The notes: generated by a model from the letters alone, not told the origin. 64,000 nt of DNA from an uncultured Nitrososphaeraceae archaeon (GCA_963765895.1 CAVXZB010000025.1:1-64000); one strand, 5' to 3'. Shown: positions 36,362 through 49,214, numbered from the stretch's first letter. Made by a program: numbers and translations.

Positions 36362-36662
36362 TGAAGAATATTTCGAGCTCCAGACTTGACTTATAACACG
36401 TAGATAGTTCAGTTCCTGAAGTATTCCTGTGATTCAATCTCTTTGGCTAAGATATGGACGTTGCCATTTCCATTTAGTTCATCTTGGGACATTTCCATTA
36501 TGATCTTGAGTTTACATTCTTTTTAGCAATAGATCCGCAAAGGGTGAAGCAGAGGGTTCCAGATCATGTCTGACATTCTATCCGATGCAAGATAAGCATA
36601 TTGAAAGTTAGTCGTTTTCAAATTACTTTTAATATTAGAATTCAATTGCTAGTAATTTGTAA

Positions 36663-37524
36663 ATGAATTTAATTATTCGGCCCATTGAACAGAAGGATGT
36701 AGAGACTCCGGCAAGATTGGGTACGAAGCACACAAGACCATTTCTTCGGCTCATGGTTATCCCTCCGAGCAGCCTTCTGAAGAGTTTGGTATAGGGCTTA
36801 TCAGAATGCTTCTTGGTAATCCAAATTCATGGGGCGTTCTAGCAGAGCGACAAGGCAAGATATTGGGAAGTGTATTCCTCCATGAATTTCCACCTTCGCC
36901 TGTGGCAGTAATAGGCCCACTTACAGTCCATCCTTCTGCGGAAGGCGGCATAGGTAGAAAATTAATGGACGCTGCTGTAATTCAGGCTCATAAACATAAC
37001 CATGACCAGATTAGATTAGTACAATCGCCAAGTCATATTCGTTCCTTCGTATTGTATACAAAGTGCGGGTTCACTCTACGTGAGCCTTTATTTTTAATGC
37101 AAGGCCAACCACTAAAATGTGACAATAATCATAGCGCACGCCTAGTTCTAGGTGATAATGATATTTCATTGTGCAACGAGCTTTTGCAAGTCGGCTTATG
37201 GATTTTCACGGGATATGGAATTACGTCAAGCAATAGACCAGGGAGTAGCAGTTATGATAGAACAAGACGGTATAGTTACGGGCTATGCAGCAGGTATAGG
37301 AATACTATGCCACGCGGTTGCTAAATCAAATGAGGTCCTAAAGGCATTGATTGGTAATGCATCTACAATTCTTGGTCCAGGCTTCTTTGTACCTGGCCGG
37401 AATCATGAAATAATCAAATGGTTGCTTGAAAATCGCTTTAAAATTGGTTGGCCTGCAAATCTGATGACGATTGGTCCTTACCAAGAACCACTGACGCCCT
37501 TTCTTCCGTCTTTTGGCATACTGA
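36663..37524 (+). CDS. GNAT N-acetyltransferase (frameshifted)
   Basis: IGPLTVHPSAEGGIGRKLM and LYTKCGF. Confidence 0.8.
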
Positions 37525-37711
37525 CATCTAGAATAGAATTAGAATTGAAATCCTCGTCAGTAGCCGACACAGAACGCAACTAAACTCTATCAGTTTGGTG
37601 ACCTTTGACATGGATTAATATCAGTAATTATTTCTCATAATGCATACATGAGCTGGCGAGTGCGCTAGATATGCTTGTATCACTAAATACTATTTGGTCT
37701 AGTGCTAATCA

Positions 37712-38365
37712 ATGAAACGTAAAGCAAATACTGCAGGGCTTCGCAATGCCGCATTAATAGTTTTAATTACTACTGCCCTCATGATTGGACTAATTGCTAC
37801 ACCATCAAAAATAGTTGCTCAAGCACCACCCTTACCAGGAATGATGACGACAACCAATGCAACAATAGCCAAAAGTAATATCACTAAGCCTGTGGATGGC
37901 TACAATACTCCACAAGGCCACCTGTCAGCCATAAGACATGTATTTGATGATCCGGCTCTACGAGTACAGCATTACTGTAAGCCAAATGATAAGATAGTCT
38001 TGGTATGCCAGCTATATGACAGTGACTCAAAGAATGCTACGCTCATAGGAGTAGAATATATAATTACGACAGAACAATACAACTCACTACCAAACAGGGA
38101 AAAGCCAAACTGGCATGCGCATAAAATGGAGTTTGCACCTAATAGAGCTGCCCCAATGTTTCCAGAACTTCCTAAGACTAAAATCGCTCCTTTGATGGGT
38201 AAGTTAATGGATACGTATGGTAAAGTTACAATTACCTGGAATCCAAAAGATAAACTGCCTGCTTTTCCAGCACAAGTAGAACACGTACAGCATCCATTTA
38301 TGGTCAATGCAACTGTAAAGCCCGAATCTCATGCAGGTAGTTTTAATCAGACACTAAAGTACTAG
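37712..38365 (+). CDS. Secreted DUF1264/OBAP-like protein
   Basis: Signal peptide; HYC, CQLYD, LIGVEYII, WHAH and TYGK motifs. Confidence 0.75.
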   Translation: MKRKANTAGLRNAALIVLITTALMIGLIATPSKIVAQAPPLPGMMTTTNATIAKSNITKPVDGYNTPQGHLSAIRHVFDDPALRVQHYCKPNDKIVLVCQLYDSDSKNATLIGVEYIITTEQYNSLPNREKPNWHAHKMEFAPNRAAPMFPELPKTKIAPLMGKLMDTYGKVTITWNPKDKLPAFPAQVEHVQHPFMVNATVKPESHAGSFNQTLKY

Positions 38366-38526
38366 CATTAGCATCACACTCATCATACGACCTTGATTAT
38401 TTTTTCCATTACAAATCGAATAATTTAAGGTCCCGAGCTTATATTAAGATCTTTATATAGGACGTCTTGAACGTAAGAACTAATAGGAATCTACTCAGAA
38501 GAAGAAAATGAAGCTCTAGCTCTTCG

Positions 38527-38808
38527 TTATTTTATTTTAATCTCTTGTCCTGTGCTGGGTTTTAGAGTCGTTCGACCGTTATTATGATTACTGCATCTCT
38601 TTCTTCGATTTTCTTCGTCCAATATCATTGCATATATTTGCTGCATGGCTTCTGCCTCTGCTAGATTGTCCTCAACGATTCGCATGTTGAACTTTTCCGG
38701 GTCTACAGACTTTTGCTTCTTCTGAATTGCTTTGTATATCATATCTTTAACCTCCTTAACCGTTAAGTCATTCCTTTTTTGTTTCGTTTTTTGTTTTGTG
38801 TTGGGCAA
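38527..38808 (-). CDS. Hypothetical protein
   Basis: 93-aa basic ORF. Confidence 0.45.
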   Translation of the reverse strand: MPNTKQKTKQKRNDLTVKEVKDMIYKAIQKKQKSVDPEKFNMRIVEDNLAEAEAMQQIYAMILDEENRRKRCSNHNNGRTTLKPSTGQEIKIK

Positions 38809-39013
38809 TATTATAAATTAATAGTGGATAAGATTTGTATTCTGTAGAACTGTAGGTAGAGGGAGGCCTACTTATTTTGCTTTTTCCTTAACTTACATAG
38901 GATCCTTCACATGAACAGCTACTCACTAGCCGTTATCTCCAGTGGAAACATCCTATAAAATGGCCGGTTCTTATTCACTAAATTGGTCTTCAGGGATGAT
39001 AATCTTGATTGCA

Positions 39014-39583
39014 TTATGGCCCAAAAGTTGTTTTTGAATTAATCTGTTGACGTCTTCCCATTACTCCTGATGTAATCATCTGAATTCCCACTATTAACAA
39101 GGTCAGCCCTATCATGATCGCTGCAAGAATCACTCCAAATAATGGTGATACCAATACAAGTGTAGCTATAATAACATTTAACACACCCACACCTATGTGA
39201 AATCCTCTAACCCACTTCCTGTCAAATCTGTTTGTTACTCCATCTATTATTCTTGCAAATCCATCAAACATCAGGGCAAAACCAAGAAAATATATGATAA
39301 CTAGGGCCGCTGCCGTTGGAAATGCCAGAGCAAGGCCTGCTAGAATGATAGTCAGTATTCCTAATCCTATGGTGGCAAAACGTGATCTATGCGCTATAAA
39401 TATACCACTAACAATTTTCTCGATACCTACAAAAAGTAAAACCACAGAAATTAGAAGAACAACAGATAGGAAAGTAATACCAGGAAATGCAATAGCCACA
39501 CCAGATAATATTATCGCTAATATACCTAACCCAATCTGTGCAAAACGCATCCATCCTGTTGATGTAGCTGTTTGAAATCTCAT
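39014..39583 (-). CDS. HdeD/DUF308 membrane protein
   Basis: Repeated GILAIIL..G..A..P helical hairpins, about 6 TM segments. Confidence 0.85.
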   Translation of the reverse strand: MRFQTATSTGWMRFAQIGLGILAIILSGVAIAFPGITFLSVVLLISVVLLFVGIEKIVSGIFIAHRSRFATIGLGILTIILAGLALAFPTAAALVIIYFLGFALMFDGFARIIDGVTNRFDRKWVRGFHIGVGVLNVIIATLVLVSPLFGVILAAIMIGLTLLIVGIQMITSGVMGRRQQINSKTTFGP

Positions 39584-40787
39584 ACAGATGCAATTACATA
39601 GAATTCTTAATACTTAAACAAACTGCAATTTTATCCCCGGATAACAATTACTTACTTACCGACCTGGACGAGTTCCAGCAATTATTTCTCTCGGTTCTTC
39701 TCCATCTGTAATTAACACATTTTTATACAGATTACTCAATGGGTTGACTAGTATACACGAATACTGCATCCAGACGTCGTATGGTGGTGGTGTTGAATCG
39801 CACTATTTATGACTCCTCTTTCTTCTTTCTTTAACCACTGATAGATCATAGTTAGTTTTGTGTGTGCTCAGAGCAAGGTTATTACCTGACTAATGCGCTA
39901 TTATATATACCAGCAAGCAAAAGGATACATTCACGCCATAAGTCTAGGACAGATCCAAACTGGACAAAAGCATGAGAGGGTTTTTAACAGCCATGGTATT
40001 AGAGGTCTTGTTGCTACTAGTACACGGCTGCGATTTTGTCCCTTTGTTTGATTCCTTTGCTTGCTGGAACATTCTTCTGTGTATTTATTAACAGTTAGTT
40101 AGCAACTGATCACTTATAAATAGTAGAAAAATGTTGCGCGATAAATATTATAGAAAAGGCTCTCTAATGGGTATATATTCTTCAGCTATCTCAGTATCTC
40201 TCGATTCAAAATTGCGTCAATTAGTTCGAATAGTCGCAGAAAGAGAATCAAAATTTGAGTCCATTGGAACTGCGCAAATGGAGCACGAAACGATTACGAA
40301 AGTAATTTAGAAATGTAAGATATGGCTCAATCTTACGAAATATCTCTGCTTTTTCAGAATCCGTTTTGCACCCAAGAGAGTGTGCTTGCTTATATTCCCG
40401 GTTACCAATCGAATCATCTATACAAGATAAAACCAGTCTGCTCAATAAATACAAAAACTGTCAGCGCTTGTGATGGACTTAATAATCTGTCGACATTACA
40501 AATTGAAGTTATCTATAGACAGTAGCACATTATTTGAAATGAACATGTATTTAGTTCTGTTATTACAGATGGGTTATTCATGCCACAGCGATTACCTTTA
40601 TTATGGCAAGATTGTCCATTAATACCGCAGTTCCAGTAGTAACAGCGGCAAGTCCTGTTCTGCTGCTTCTTAGGGTAGTCATGAATCAAGTCTGTTTTTC
40701 TCCCTTCCTTGTACTCCAGCGGTATCCACTTATCAGGCGTGGGATACCCTACTGAGGAATGAGCATCGAAGTAAACATCATCGTCGG

Positions 40788-41111
40788 ATGGTGTGGATGC
40801 GGCACATGCGGCTGGGTGTAGAACTAGACAGACACCTTAACGGAGAGTCTATAGACAATAAAATTTATGATTCTGACCAAGAAAATCAAAGTCTTCATCA
40901 TAAAACTACCGAAAATACTGAAGATATTACGTCAGAACAGAATGATAAAACTCCAGGCATTTTCCTACAAGCGGCGCATACGCCGCGCGAGCCGTGGCAT
41001 TGCAAAAATTGCGAATTTGAGACTGCCAGCCAAGTTGAGTATAACAGGCACACTGTACAAAGACATCCACGTATGGCTGGCTACCCGGAGAAGAACGGCA
41101 GGACATCATAA
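40788..41111 (+). CDS. C2H2 Zn-finger protein, possibly a 3' remnant
   Basis: WHCKNCEFETASQVEYNRHTVQRHP. Confidence 0.55.
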   Translation: MVWMRHMRLGVELDRHLNGESIDNKIYDSDQENQSLHHKTTENTEDITSEQNDKTPGIFLQAAHTPREPWHCKNCEFETASQVEYNRHTVQRHPRMAGYPEKNGRTS

Positions 41112-41556
41112 GAAAAGAAATGAAGTAAACAACAACGACTATATCCAGGCCAGGTCAGAGCCCAGACCAATCTAATTTTGTTCTTATTTGTGTCCCTCAT
41201 AATGCTTCAGCATTTCTTATGACAACCACATTTTACATCTTGGAACATGTCCTGTAAGCTTTGTAATGGATCATTATCAGTCATATACCATGCTTAACTA
41301 TCATAATACGCCAGCTCTATGGGATTCGAGATTATCTGCTATGGACGTGTCATATAGGTCACATATGTCAGTTACATCTAATTTCATGGTCTAAAACATG
41401 ACTGTAACATTATCTCGGCCTTTTGATGAGCCATTATAAATTCAAAGACTGAATTGTTGCAGTAAAACTGAAGTTATGCATAGAATGATCACTGTCTTTG
41501 CAACCTCTGTAAACACGGTAAAGAAAATAAACTCATCGGCGCGCAAGTCCATTCCT

Positions 41557-41617
41557 CTGCTGTGGCCTAGGTATAGAGACTGACGTCCCAGGATGGCGAT
41601 ATACAATTATGTGTACC
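41557..41617 (+). repeat. Repeat R internal fragment
   Basis: TGCTGTGGCCTAGGTATAGAGACTGACGTCCCAGGATGGCGATATACAATTATGTGT matches the R core. Confidence 0.75.
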
Positions 41618-42272
41618 TCACTCACGCCATGTCTCATTTGTGCACGATAATATCCTTTACTACCCTTTATAGGCATAAAATTTGTAGTGATAATCAACAT
41701 ATCTCCTTTACGCGGTTTTAAAACAATTGCTTTTGATTGTGCCCTTGGAATTTGCTGTGTTAATACAAATTCTCCACCAGTATAATCAACATCGGGCTCA
41801 TTTAGGAAGAACACCACTTGAAAAGGAAAAAATATAGCACCATATAGGTCTTGGTGCAATGTATTATGTCCTCCTTTACCATATTTAGAATAAGCACTGT
41901 AGGCTGCTTCTGATTATTTTCATGGCAAAGAGTTTTAAGATCATCAAATCTGTCTGGAAATTCTGTCTTCATGTTTAGCATCTTCATCCATGTATTTGCA
42001 ATAGGTGAAAGCTTTGGGTAAATCTCATGCCTGAGGATCTGAATTATTTCAGGCAAAGGATATTTGAAATATTTGTATTCGCCTAATCCAAAACGATACT
42101 TTTCCATCGTTATTGTCTTTCGATACAGATTGGAGTTATCATATTCGACAATAAGTTCATTGCAATTTTGAATCGGTAAAAATTGTGACACCGCGGTGTA
42201 TCCCTTTTCATCTAGGATTTCTGTTACAGCTTGCCAATCAATATTTGCAATTCTCTGCAGTAAATCATTCAT
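41610..42272 (-). pseudogene. 2OG-Fe(II) oxygenase (DUF2086-like), frameshifted and 3'-truncated
   Basis: FGLGEYKYF, HQDLYG, YTGGEFVL..Q.PRAQS and MRHGVSEVH, then sequence from repeat R. Confidence 0.8.
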
Positions 42273-42861
42273 TAGTTATTATCACTCTTTCTTAGATAGT
42301 CTCCCTACTTTTTAGTTCAGACCAGTATTCTAATTATATTGACGATACATACTATAGTTCTGTTGTGAATCACTCCTATCTATCAGTAGCATTAAATAAA
42401 TCTATCTTACCACACGGGTGCCCGGGGATACTTTATTTTCCTGTTCTTGAGTGATTATTTGTCCGTCTCCAACATCCAAAATATCTCCAAGTGGACCAAA
42501 TGCCTGTTGAAATCCACCTGCTTTTTCTGCTTCGTTAGCAAACGCTACTAGTTGACCATTCACTACCTTGGCCTTACCCACTGCCCCGACACTGTTAGAA
42601 ACCTGATTCAATACTTATAGTTAGTCTATAAAGGGTATAATCCTTGTAGATTTACAAATCATACCGTGCTACCGCCATGCGCGCCTGGGAACTACTGGCG
42701 ATAAATTTGAAATCACTTGGGAAGATGGACAAAAGAGAGCTCAGGAATATCCTAATAAAAGATTCGATGAGGCAATAGATGAAAAACTACCTACTGTAAT
42801 TAAGATGCGCGCGGCGCATAAAGATGCCTAGACAACTTGTTAACCGTGAGAGCTAGGCAGA

Positions 42862-43062
42862 TTGATAGTTCAAACAAATGGTGCTATTTCGATGATTGAT
42901 GAATCAAACTGTAGTGTCAGGTCAAGACTGGCCACAATGTACAACGTCATTATAAATGAATCTGGAATGATTAGTTCGTGTCCGGATTATGTTTGTCATA
43001 ATGCCAAATGCAAGCATGTATATGCAGTCGAATTTTACCATAGTCAAAATACAATATTTTAG
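42862..43062 (+). pseudogene. SWIM Zn-finger fragment, possibly a transposase N-terminus
   Basis: SSCPDY....KCKHVYAV. The first SWIM Cys is absent. Confidence 0.6.
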
Positions 43063-43454
43063 CTCGTTGAATTATATGAGTTATTTGTAATTATTATTTT
43101 TACTATTATCATCACCCATGACGTACAAAGATGTCCTGGTTTCTAGATTGGATTGACTAAGGCAATACGCATAGAGAATGGATTATAAAGACAGCATATC
43201 TGGGAAAGATGCAAGCTTTACCAAAAAGCATTAGGCTTTTAATATTATCAGGATACTGTAATGTTTTAAAATGTCTAGACGCCAAGACAGAAGTTGTGAA
43301 CTGTCACCCGTAATCGTAATAAAAAAGTGCGAATCGTATTTACAGAACGCGAGTTGATCCCGCTAAATATTTTTCTTCTATGAATGAATGACATCTACTT
43401 TTGGCTCCTAAAAATAGAAGTAGAATTGCGTAATATCGTGCCCCATATCCTTCT

Positions 43455-43700
43455 CTAAAATCTAGATGTAGTTTTATGGCTGCCTGCTTCAGTTAGACCA
43501 CTTGGTTGTAACATTAGATCAAACGGTGCAGATTGGCCAGCAGGGATGTCTGTTGGCGTGGTGAATGTCGTACCAGTACCAACAGTTTGATTATTAGCAT
43601 CATAAACAGTTGCAATTATCTGTGCGAACTTGATTCCTGTAGACCCAGTATTTTTAACCTCACCCACTAAATGAGTAGTATCTATCGAATCCTTATGCTG
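43455..43700 (-). pseudogene. FxLYD-domain fragment
   Basis: VGEVKNTG...AQIIATVYDANNQTVG...DIPAGQSAPF. Confidence 0.75.
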
Positions 43701-43957
43701 ACTGACACCGTTGTAATGTTAATAGAATAAGTGGTGAGTATGCACCACATAAGTTCACTTTGGTTAACTATTGAAAGAGTGTATCAATTTTCTCAATCAA
43801 GCAAATTCTTACTTGAATTGATCAATTCGACACGCGCCGGTCTAGACGCAATGCAACTACTTATAGTGTTCTCATAATTTATGATTAATCATTTATTTAA
43901 TCGATAGAAATAAGTTTTCATGTGGAGAACAACTTTTGTTTTACATAAGATTAACCA

Positions 43958-45510
43958 ATGGCAATGTATGACAAGATCATGTTACCAACCGCGCTGCTCT
44001 GTTAAATAAGTATGGCAATAGCGGCTTTGGAGTTGATCGGAAAAGCCATCGAGAAATTGGTCGACGCAGACAAGAAGAGAGGAATTAAGAGTGGTATTGT
44101 GTACCTTGATGATAGGCCAGATATGGAAAAGGTAAGTGGCAACACCGTGACGAATGCCTCTGACCCTCACGAAAACAAGGATGCCATTGATAGCGTATTC
44201 AAGTTTTATAATCCACACTATCTCATGATTTTAGGTGCCCCAGATGTGGTTCCGCACCAAGATCTCCATAACCCAGCCTATCTTTTAGATGGAGATGGTG
44301 ATGATGACGATCGCGCGTTTGGTGACTTGCCCTATGCATGTGACGCACCATATTCGCAAGACCCAGCACGATTTGTCGGTCCAACACGTGTTGTGGGAAG
44401 GCTACCGGATCTGTTTGGAGCCAACAAACCATCATATCTCGTTTCATTATTAAAAATTGCGCGAAGAGTACAAGACACGGTCTCTAGATGAATACACTGA
44501 CTATTTTGGCCTATCTGCAGGTATATGGGAAGGTTGATCGTGGATTAGTCTAGATAACATTTTCGGTAATGCAAACAAATTACTTCTAATACCTCCTTCT
44601 GGTCCTAACTATCCAAACAGCGAATTAAATAATCGGATGCAGTTCATCAATTGTCACGGTGGTAAGGAGAAACCAGCATTTTATGGCCAACGGGATAGAA
44701 ATGATTTAGTTTTCCAGAAGCTTCAACTACAATGAACAAAAGGTATGATTGTGATGGCACAGTCGCAAATTGTAGAATGTTGTTACGGTGCACAACTTTA
44801 TGATTCTATCACACTTGACATAGATATACCTATTTGTCAGAGCTATCTACAACAAGGAGCCTATGGTTATTTTGGGAGTACCACTATTGCCTACGGCGAG
44901 CTTAATACAAATGCTGAAGCCGATTTTATATGCCAATATTTTCTGCTAAAAGTGCTTGACGGCGCTTCACTGGGACATGCTCTCTGATGGCACGCCAGTT
45001 ATTCGTACGAGATAATACACAAATGGATTCGTTTTGATCTCAAGACCCTGGCCCAATATTGCCTGCTTGGTGACCCTGCTTGCATTGTATCTCAAGTACA
45101 GAGCCCTACCAGTGTGCCTACTGGTGTTTCTGAAAACTGATTCTGATCGCTTCTTTCGTGCTGAACGTAGACAGAAAATGAAGATGGCTGGCGATTTTCT
45201 GATGAGACCAAACCTGCCGATTCCAACGTGCAGCAGCACTCGAACTGTCCAACTCTACAAAAAATGTGTTATCCGACATTGCTAGAAATGTTGGACTTCA
45301 CGAGGAGCAAACATTTGTGGCATTTCGATGTAGAAGAACCACCAGAATCCAAAGGTCACTCCCCAGAGACAACAATTGCACCGCTGCGTTACCTTTATTG
45401 CTATCGGAACACCAGAAAGACATGTGAGTGAAAGTGTAAAGCGTGGTATCGCCATAGTTGCCAAAGAATCACTGGGCGCATTATGGGTTATCGTATATAT
45501 CACCAACGCT
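43958..45510 (+). CDS. Peptidase C25 (gingipain-like) family protein, multiply frameshifted
   Basis: YLMILGAPDVVP, DLPYA, VGRLP, FINCHG, ECCYGA, YFGSTTIAYG and LLGDP across frames. Confidence 0.7.
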
Positions 45511-45522
45511 AATCTACTCTTA

Positions 45523-45783
45523 ATGAGCTCAGAACGACTAAAGCGGGTTACTTCTCTCCGAGGCCATGTTTCAACTGGTCTATACGCCAAGGGAAGCAAG
45601 AGCGAACATGAGTCTATATTTGTCGAAACCGCGGAGCGCCGTTATGTCCTACGTCGTAAAACCGGTCCTGTATTTATTGTATCATCCTAAATTGACACAG
45701 TATATTGGACATCAAGTCGAGTGCGACGGTTTTTCTTGGTTGGTAACACGCTTTTAGCAGAACGAATTGTAATAATAGAGTAA
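45523..45783 (+). CDS. Small beta-rich protein downstream of C25 (frameshifted)
   Basis: GSKSEHESIFVET..RYVLRR...IGHQVECDG. Confidence 0.55.
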
Positions 45784-45889
45784 ATGAGCTCATGATCTTC
45801 TGAGTAGCATTAGACATTTAATATAGTGCTCACTAGGCTTTTGGCTTTGCGAAGACTTTTGAATTTCCTTGTAAATCATTTTTTTGACT

Positions 45890-46767
45890 TCGGTTACTGT
45901 TAGTGCTTTTGATTTTGACCCTGGCAATCATAACATTCTATCAGCATTGGCTTGGCCTATTAATTGTCATTCCCCAGAATACACCCTTTGGCAGTAACCG
46001 AACGGCAGTTGTCGTGGTTTCCCTTCCATTAGCCATTGGTCGTCGATGGAGTTACTATTGGAACTATAGCTGAGGTATACATCGGCAACCCTCCGAACCT
46101 AGGCGTTGTAGCACACGAATTGACACATTTGTTCCTTCACCACGGAGACATATATTTTACTTTCCCAATCCTTATGCTGCTGGTAACTATTCTTTTAATG
46201 GACGGAACATATAGAGGAACTCATATTGACCCATTCGCTAAACTCAAATTCGGTTGGTTACGACCTAACTTATAGTTCGTAGTGGCCACTACTCACTTCC
46301 ATCGATAGAAACAGAACGGTTTGTATGGATACTTATGGACCCTGCACATATGTAGACGAATACTATATAGTAGAAAATCGTTGGAGAGGTTCCTCCTATG
46401 ATAAACAGATGCCTGATGTTGGTTGTCTAGCAATATGGCACATAATGGAGGACCCAGTAGTCTTTGGTTCCGTACCCTCCTTTTCCGCCAGGAGTAATAG
46501 CCTGAACAATGGAAATGGTTAGTAAGAGTGATGGGGCACGTCGTGCTATTCGAATGCTACGCCCTTTGGTTCTTACCCCTATCGATGATACTATTGCTCT
46601 CAGAGATGGAATCCGATCCTACTACAGGTTTTGATGTGCTTTCAGACGATCCGAATCCCCAGCATTCCAGTCTAAAGTGGGCTAATGGAACTCCTAGTGG
46701 ATTCGCAATTAAGAATATCTCTCCAGCTGGACAAGTAATATTCGCAGACGTTCTTGTTCCTCATTAA
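45890..46767 (+). pseudogene. M6 (InhA-like) metalloprotease fragment
   Basis: AHELTH zincin motif, HIDPFAKLKFGW, EYYIVENR and LAIWHI. Confidence 0.7.
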
Positions 46768-47038
46768 GAGATAACTAACGAGAAGACTTTCCTAAATGGA
46801 TTAAACATATCAATTTGAAAACTATCTTGTCTGAGATAATGTCTTCTAATCCAGTTGTGCGGGAGCCAGATTAAAACATTATGTGATACTGCAGATTTGA
46901 TGTATAGAGTGACAATTTCGTGTGATTAGTCCATTTCTATCCTGAGGCGCGCCAGATTTTAAACAATCTCTAAGTGTAATGCAGATGTATAGACTAAGCC
47001 TAGATGTTGTGGCCAAATTTATATTTTCTTTGTTAATG

Positions 47039-48118
47039 TTAAACAGACTCCAATAGGCCAGCGTTGACATCGATGACAATTTGTTTCATTTCTTTCCACA
47101 TAGGATGAAAAGATGTTGCTTCTGATGATTTGTGATGTTCTCCCCATTCTAGTGTAAACGCAAGCACCTTAGTTTTGCCAGGCATGGAGAAGTGTCGACT
47201 ATAAGCATAGTCATCACCAGCTCCCGATGTAGGATAAAGGTGAAATCCTGGTTTTACAGCATATTTCTTACCACGGACTGCCTCTATACCATCTCTAATA
47301 CTCTTGGCAAGGGCTACTGCATTAGTAAGGTCAGCATTCGGAATGTATTCTTCATAAGACTTGTCATTTTCTACTCCGCGTTTAGAGTTATACAAAGGAT
47401 CGATAAAGTTCATGCTTGGATTGTCTGATTGATTCTCGTCATCGCCCCAACTGTAGAGAATATCCTCACCATAAGAGTGTATATCAACGTACCATTTTAT
47501 TATAGGGTAGTTATGGAATAGCCATTTTACATTTTGTGTCTCTGGTTCTGAGAACGGAGCAGATCCTCTATAAGTCTGACTTTGATCGCATGGATTATCA
47601 GATGTATGTACCTTTGACTTGGGAGAAAAATGTTTATGAAAATCCCAAAGAAAGTCATAATTCCTATTGATGTCTACTCCAACACACTTTGGGTTACCAC
47701 TGCTTTCAGATGGATTTCTATTACGACGCCATAATGGATGTGCTGTCTGACTATAATGTCTTCCATCTGGATTAACGCAAGGAAAGATCAATATGTTAAG
47801 ATTTTCCATTATAGATTTGATATCATCTGCCTCAAAATATTTTGTTCCGTATTTTAGTCCAGTATTACGTGAGTATGCCTCGAGCAAATCAGCGGCAAGA
47901 TATACGCAAATTTCTGATGATCCCCATTCTCTTGCATGTACGCCACCAGTAAAAAATACAGTGTGTTTAGAACCCAGTTCTTTGCCAATATTCAATGCAT
48001 GGCTAATTCGTCCTTCTATCGTCGGATTTGCTAGAGTGATAAGTCGGCAAAGATCCTGATACTTGGCTGATAAATTAATAATTGCAGATTCAACTTCTTC
48101 TACGTTAAGATATGTCAA
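47039..48118 (-). CDS. M14 zinc carboxypeptidase
   Basis: GVHAREW, NPDG, WRRNR, GVDINRNY, FSEPET, DIHSY, YPTSG and FTLE. Confidence 0.92.
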   Translation of the reverse strand: MTYLNVEEVESAIINLSAKYQDLCRLITLANPTIEGRISHALNIGKELGSKHTVFFTGGVHAREWGSSEICVYLAADLLEAYSRNTGLKYGTKYFEADDIKSIMENLNILIFPCVNPDGRHYSQTAHPLWRRNRNPSESSGNPKCVGVDINRNYDFLWDFHKHFSPKSKVHTSDNPCDQSQTYRGSAPFSEPETQNVKWLFHNYPIIKWYVDIHSYGEDILYSWGDDENQSDNPSMNFIDPLYNSKRGVENDKSYEEYIPNADLTNAVALAKSIRDGIEAVRGKKYAVKPGFHLYPTSGAGDDYAYSRHFSMPGKTKVLAFTLEWGEHHKSSEATSFHPMWKEMKQIVIDVNAGLLESV

Positions 48119-48139
48119 GATTATTCACTCACACCGTAC

Positions 48140-48445
48140 TTATTCTTTTATACCAAAACCGCTAGGAATTTCTTTCAAATCAGCAAATCTATTTCCTTTG
48201 CCAACTTCCTTTTGCCGCTTTTGGCCACTACTAACTGCGTCACCTAAAACTTCTATTTCAATATTTAATTTTCGCAATTGCTCCATAGTACTTGACGGTA
48301 CATATCCTTGAACAACAAATCTTCCATCGTCTTGCTGTCGAATTCCTCCGGTACAGCCTATGTCGACATGATATTCTTGCAATACGTTAGTAAGAGTTTG
48401 TTTATTCGGTACACTAATTATTACCATGAATAGTTTTTGTTCCAT
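48140..48445 (-). CDS. Small protein upstream of M14, possibly a propeptide-like domain
   Basis: 101 aa, co-oriented, 21 bp from the M14 start. Confidence 0.65.
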   Translation of the reverse strand: MEQKLFMVIISVPNKQTLTNVLQEYHVDIGCTGGIRQQDDGRFVVQGYVPSSTMEQLRKLNIEIEVLGDAVSSGQKRQKEVGKGNRFADLKEIPSGFGIKE

Positions 48446-49214
48446 GTTGTATTACTTGGTGATATGATTTATTTACTTTATCTTAGGGATTGTTAAGAAT
48501 ACAAATGGCTTTTGATAGAAATAGTGTTATACTATACTCGACATACCACATCTTATGTTGTTAAAAAGACCAAAGTCTTTGGACAATAATACATGTAACT
48601 ATGATATGGAAGTGTTCAACAATGTGAGACAATAAGATATCTATACCCCTAATGCAATGGGCCTAACAATGGTCTATCATTGATAAAGAATAATGAAACT
48701 ATGTTAAGGATATTAACTCGTATCCTTTCTAAAGATACATACAATTGCCAACGTTCTTGGACGTCCATTCTATTGGAACATTGACTGAGGATGGTCTCAT
48801 AAAAGAGCAGAATGCACTAAGAGATGATCTAGGAGTAAAGACTGTAAAATATTCTATACAATTTTGAAGTTGGAACAATTTATTGTTTATTAGACGCACC
48901 AAATAAGGAGGCAGTTGAACAGCATCATGGCAAGTTAGGTGTGACGTGTGACTGGATCATGGAAGTAAAAACTACACAGAAAACGTGATAGGCGCGCCAA
49001 ATAATTCTCACGAAGATAGCAATTCTTTAGATGAGCTAGAACTAATTCAGCTGAGGATGAGTTTTGTGGTTATAAAACAATTTATTAGAATATTAGAACA
49101 TTTTATACGACTTTATCAATGTGGAGAATTCGTTAAAAGAGCTTTACGTTTCATTTAGGAGTAGGCGCAATACCTTGCGGCCTCTGGCTTAAATGCAGAG
49201 GCTAAGCAAGGCGT

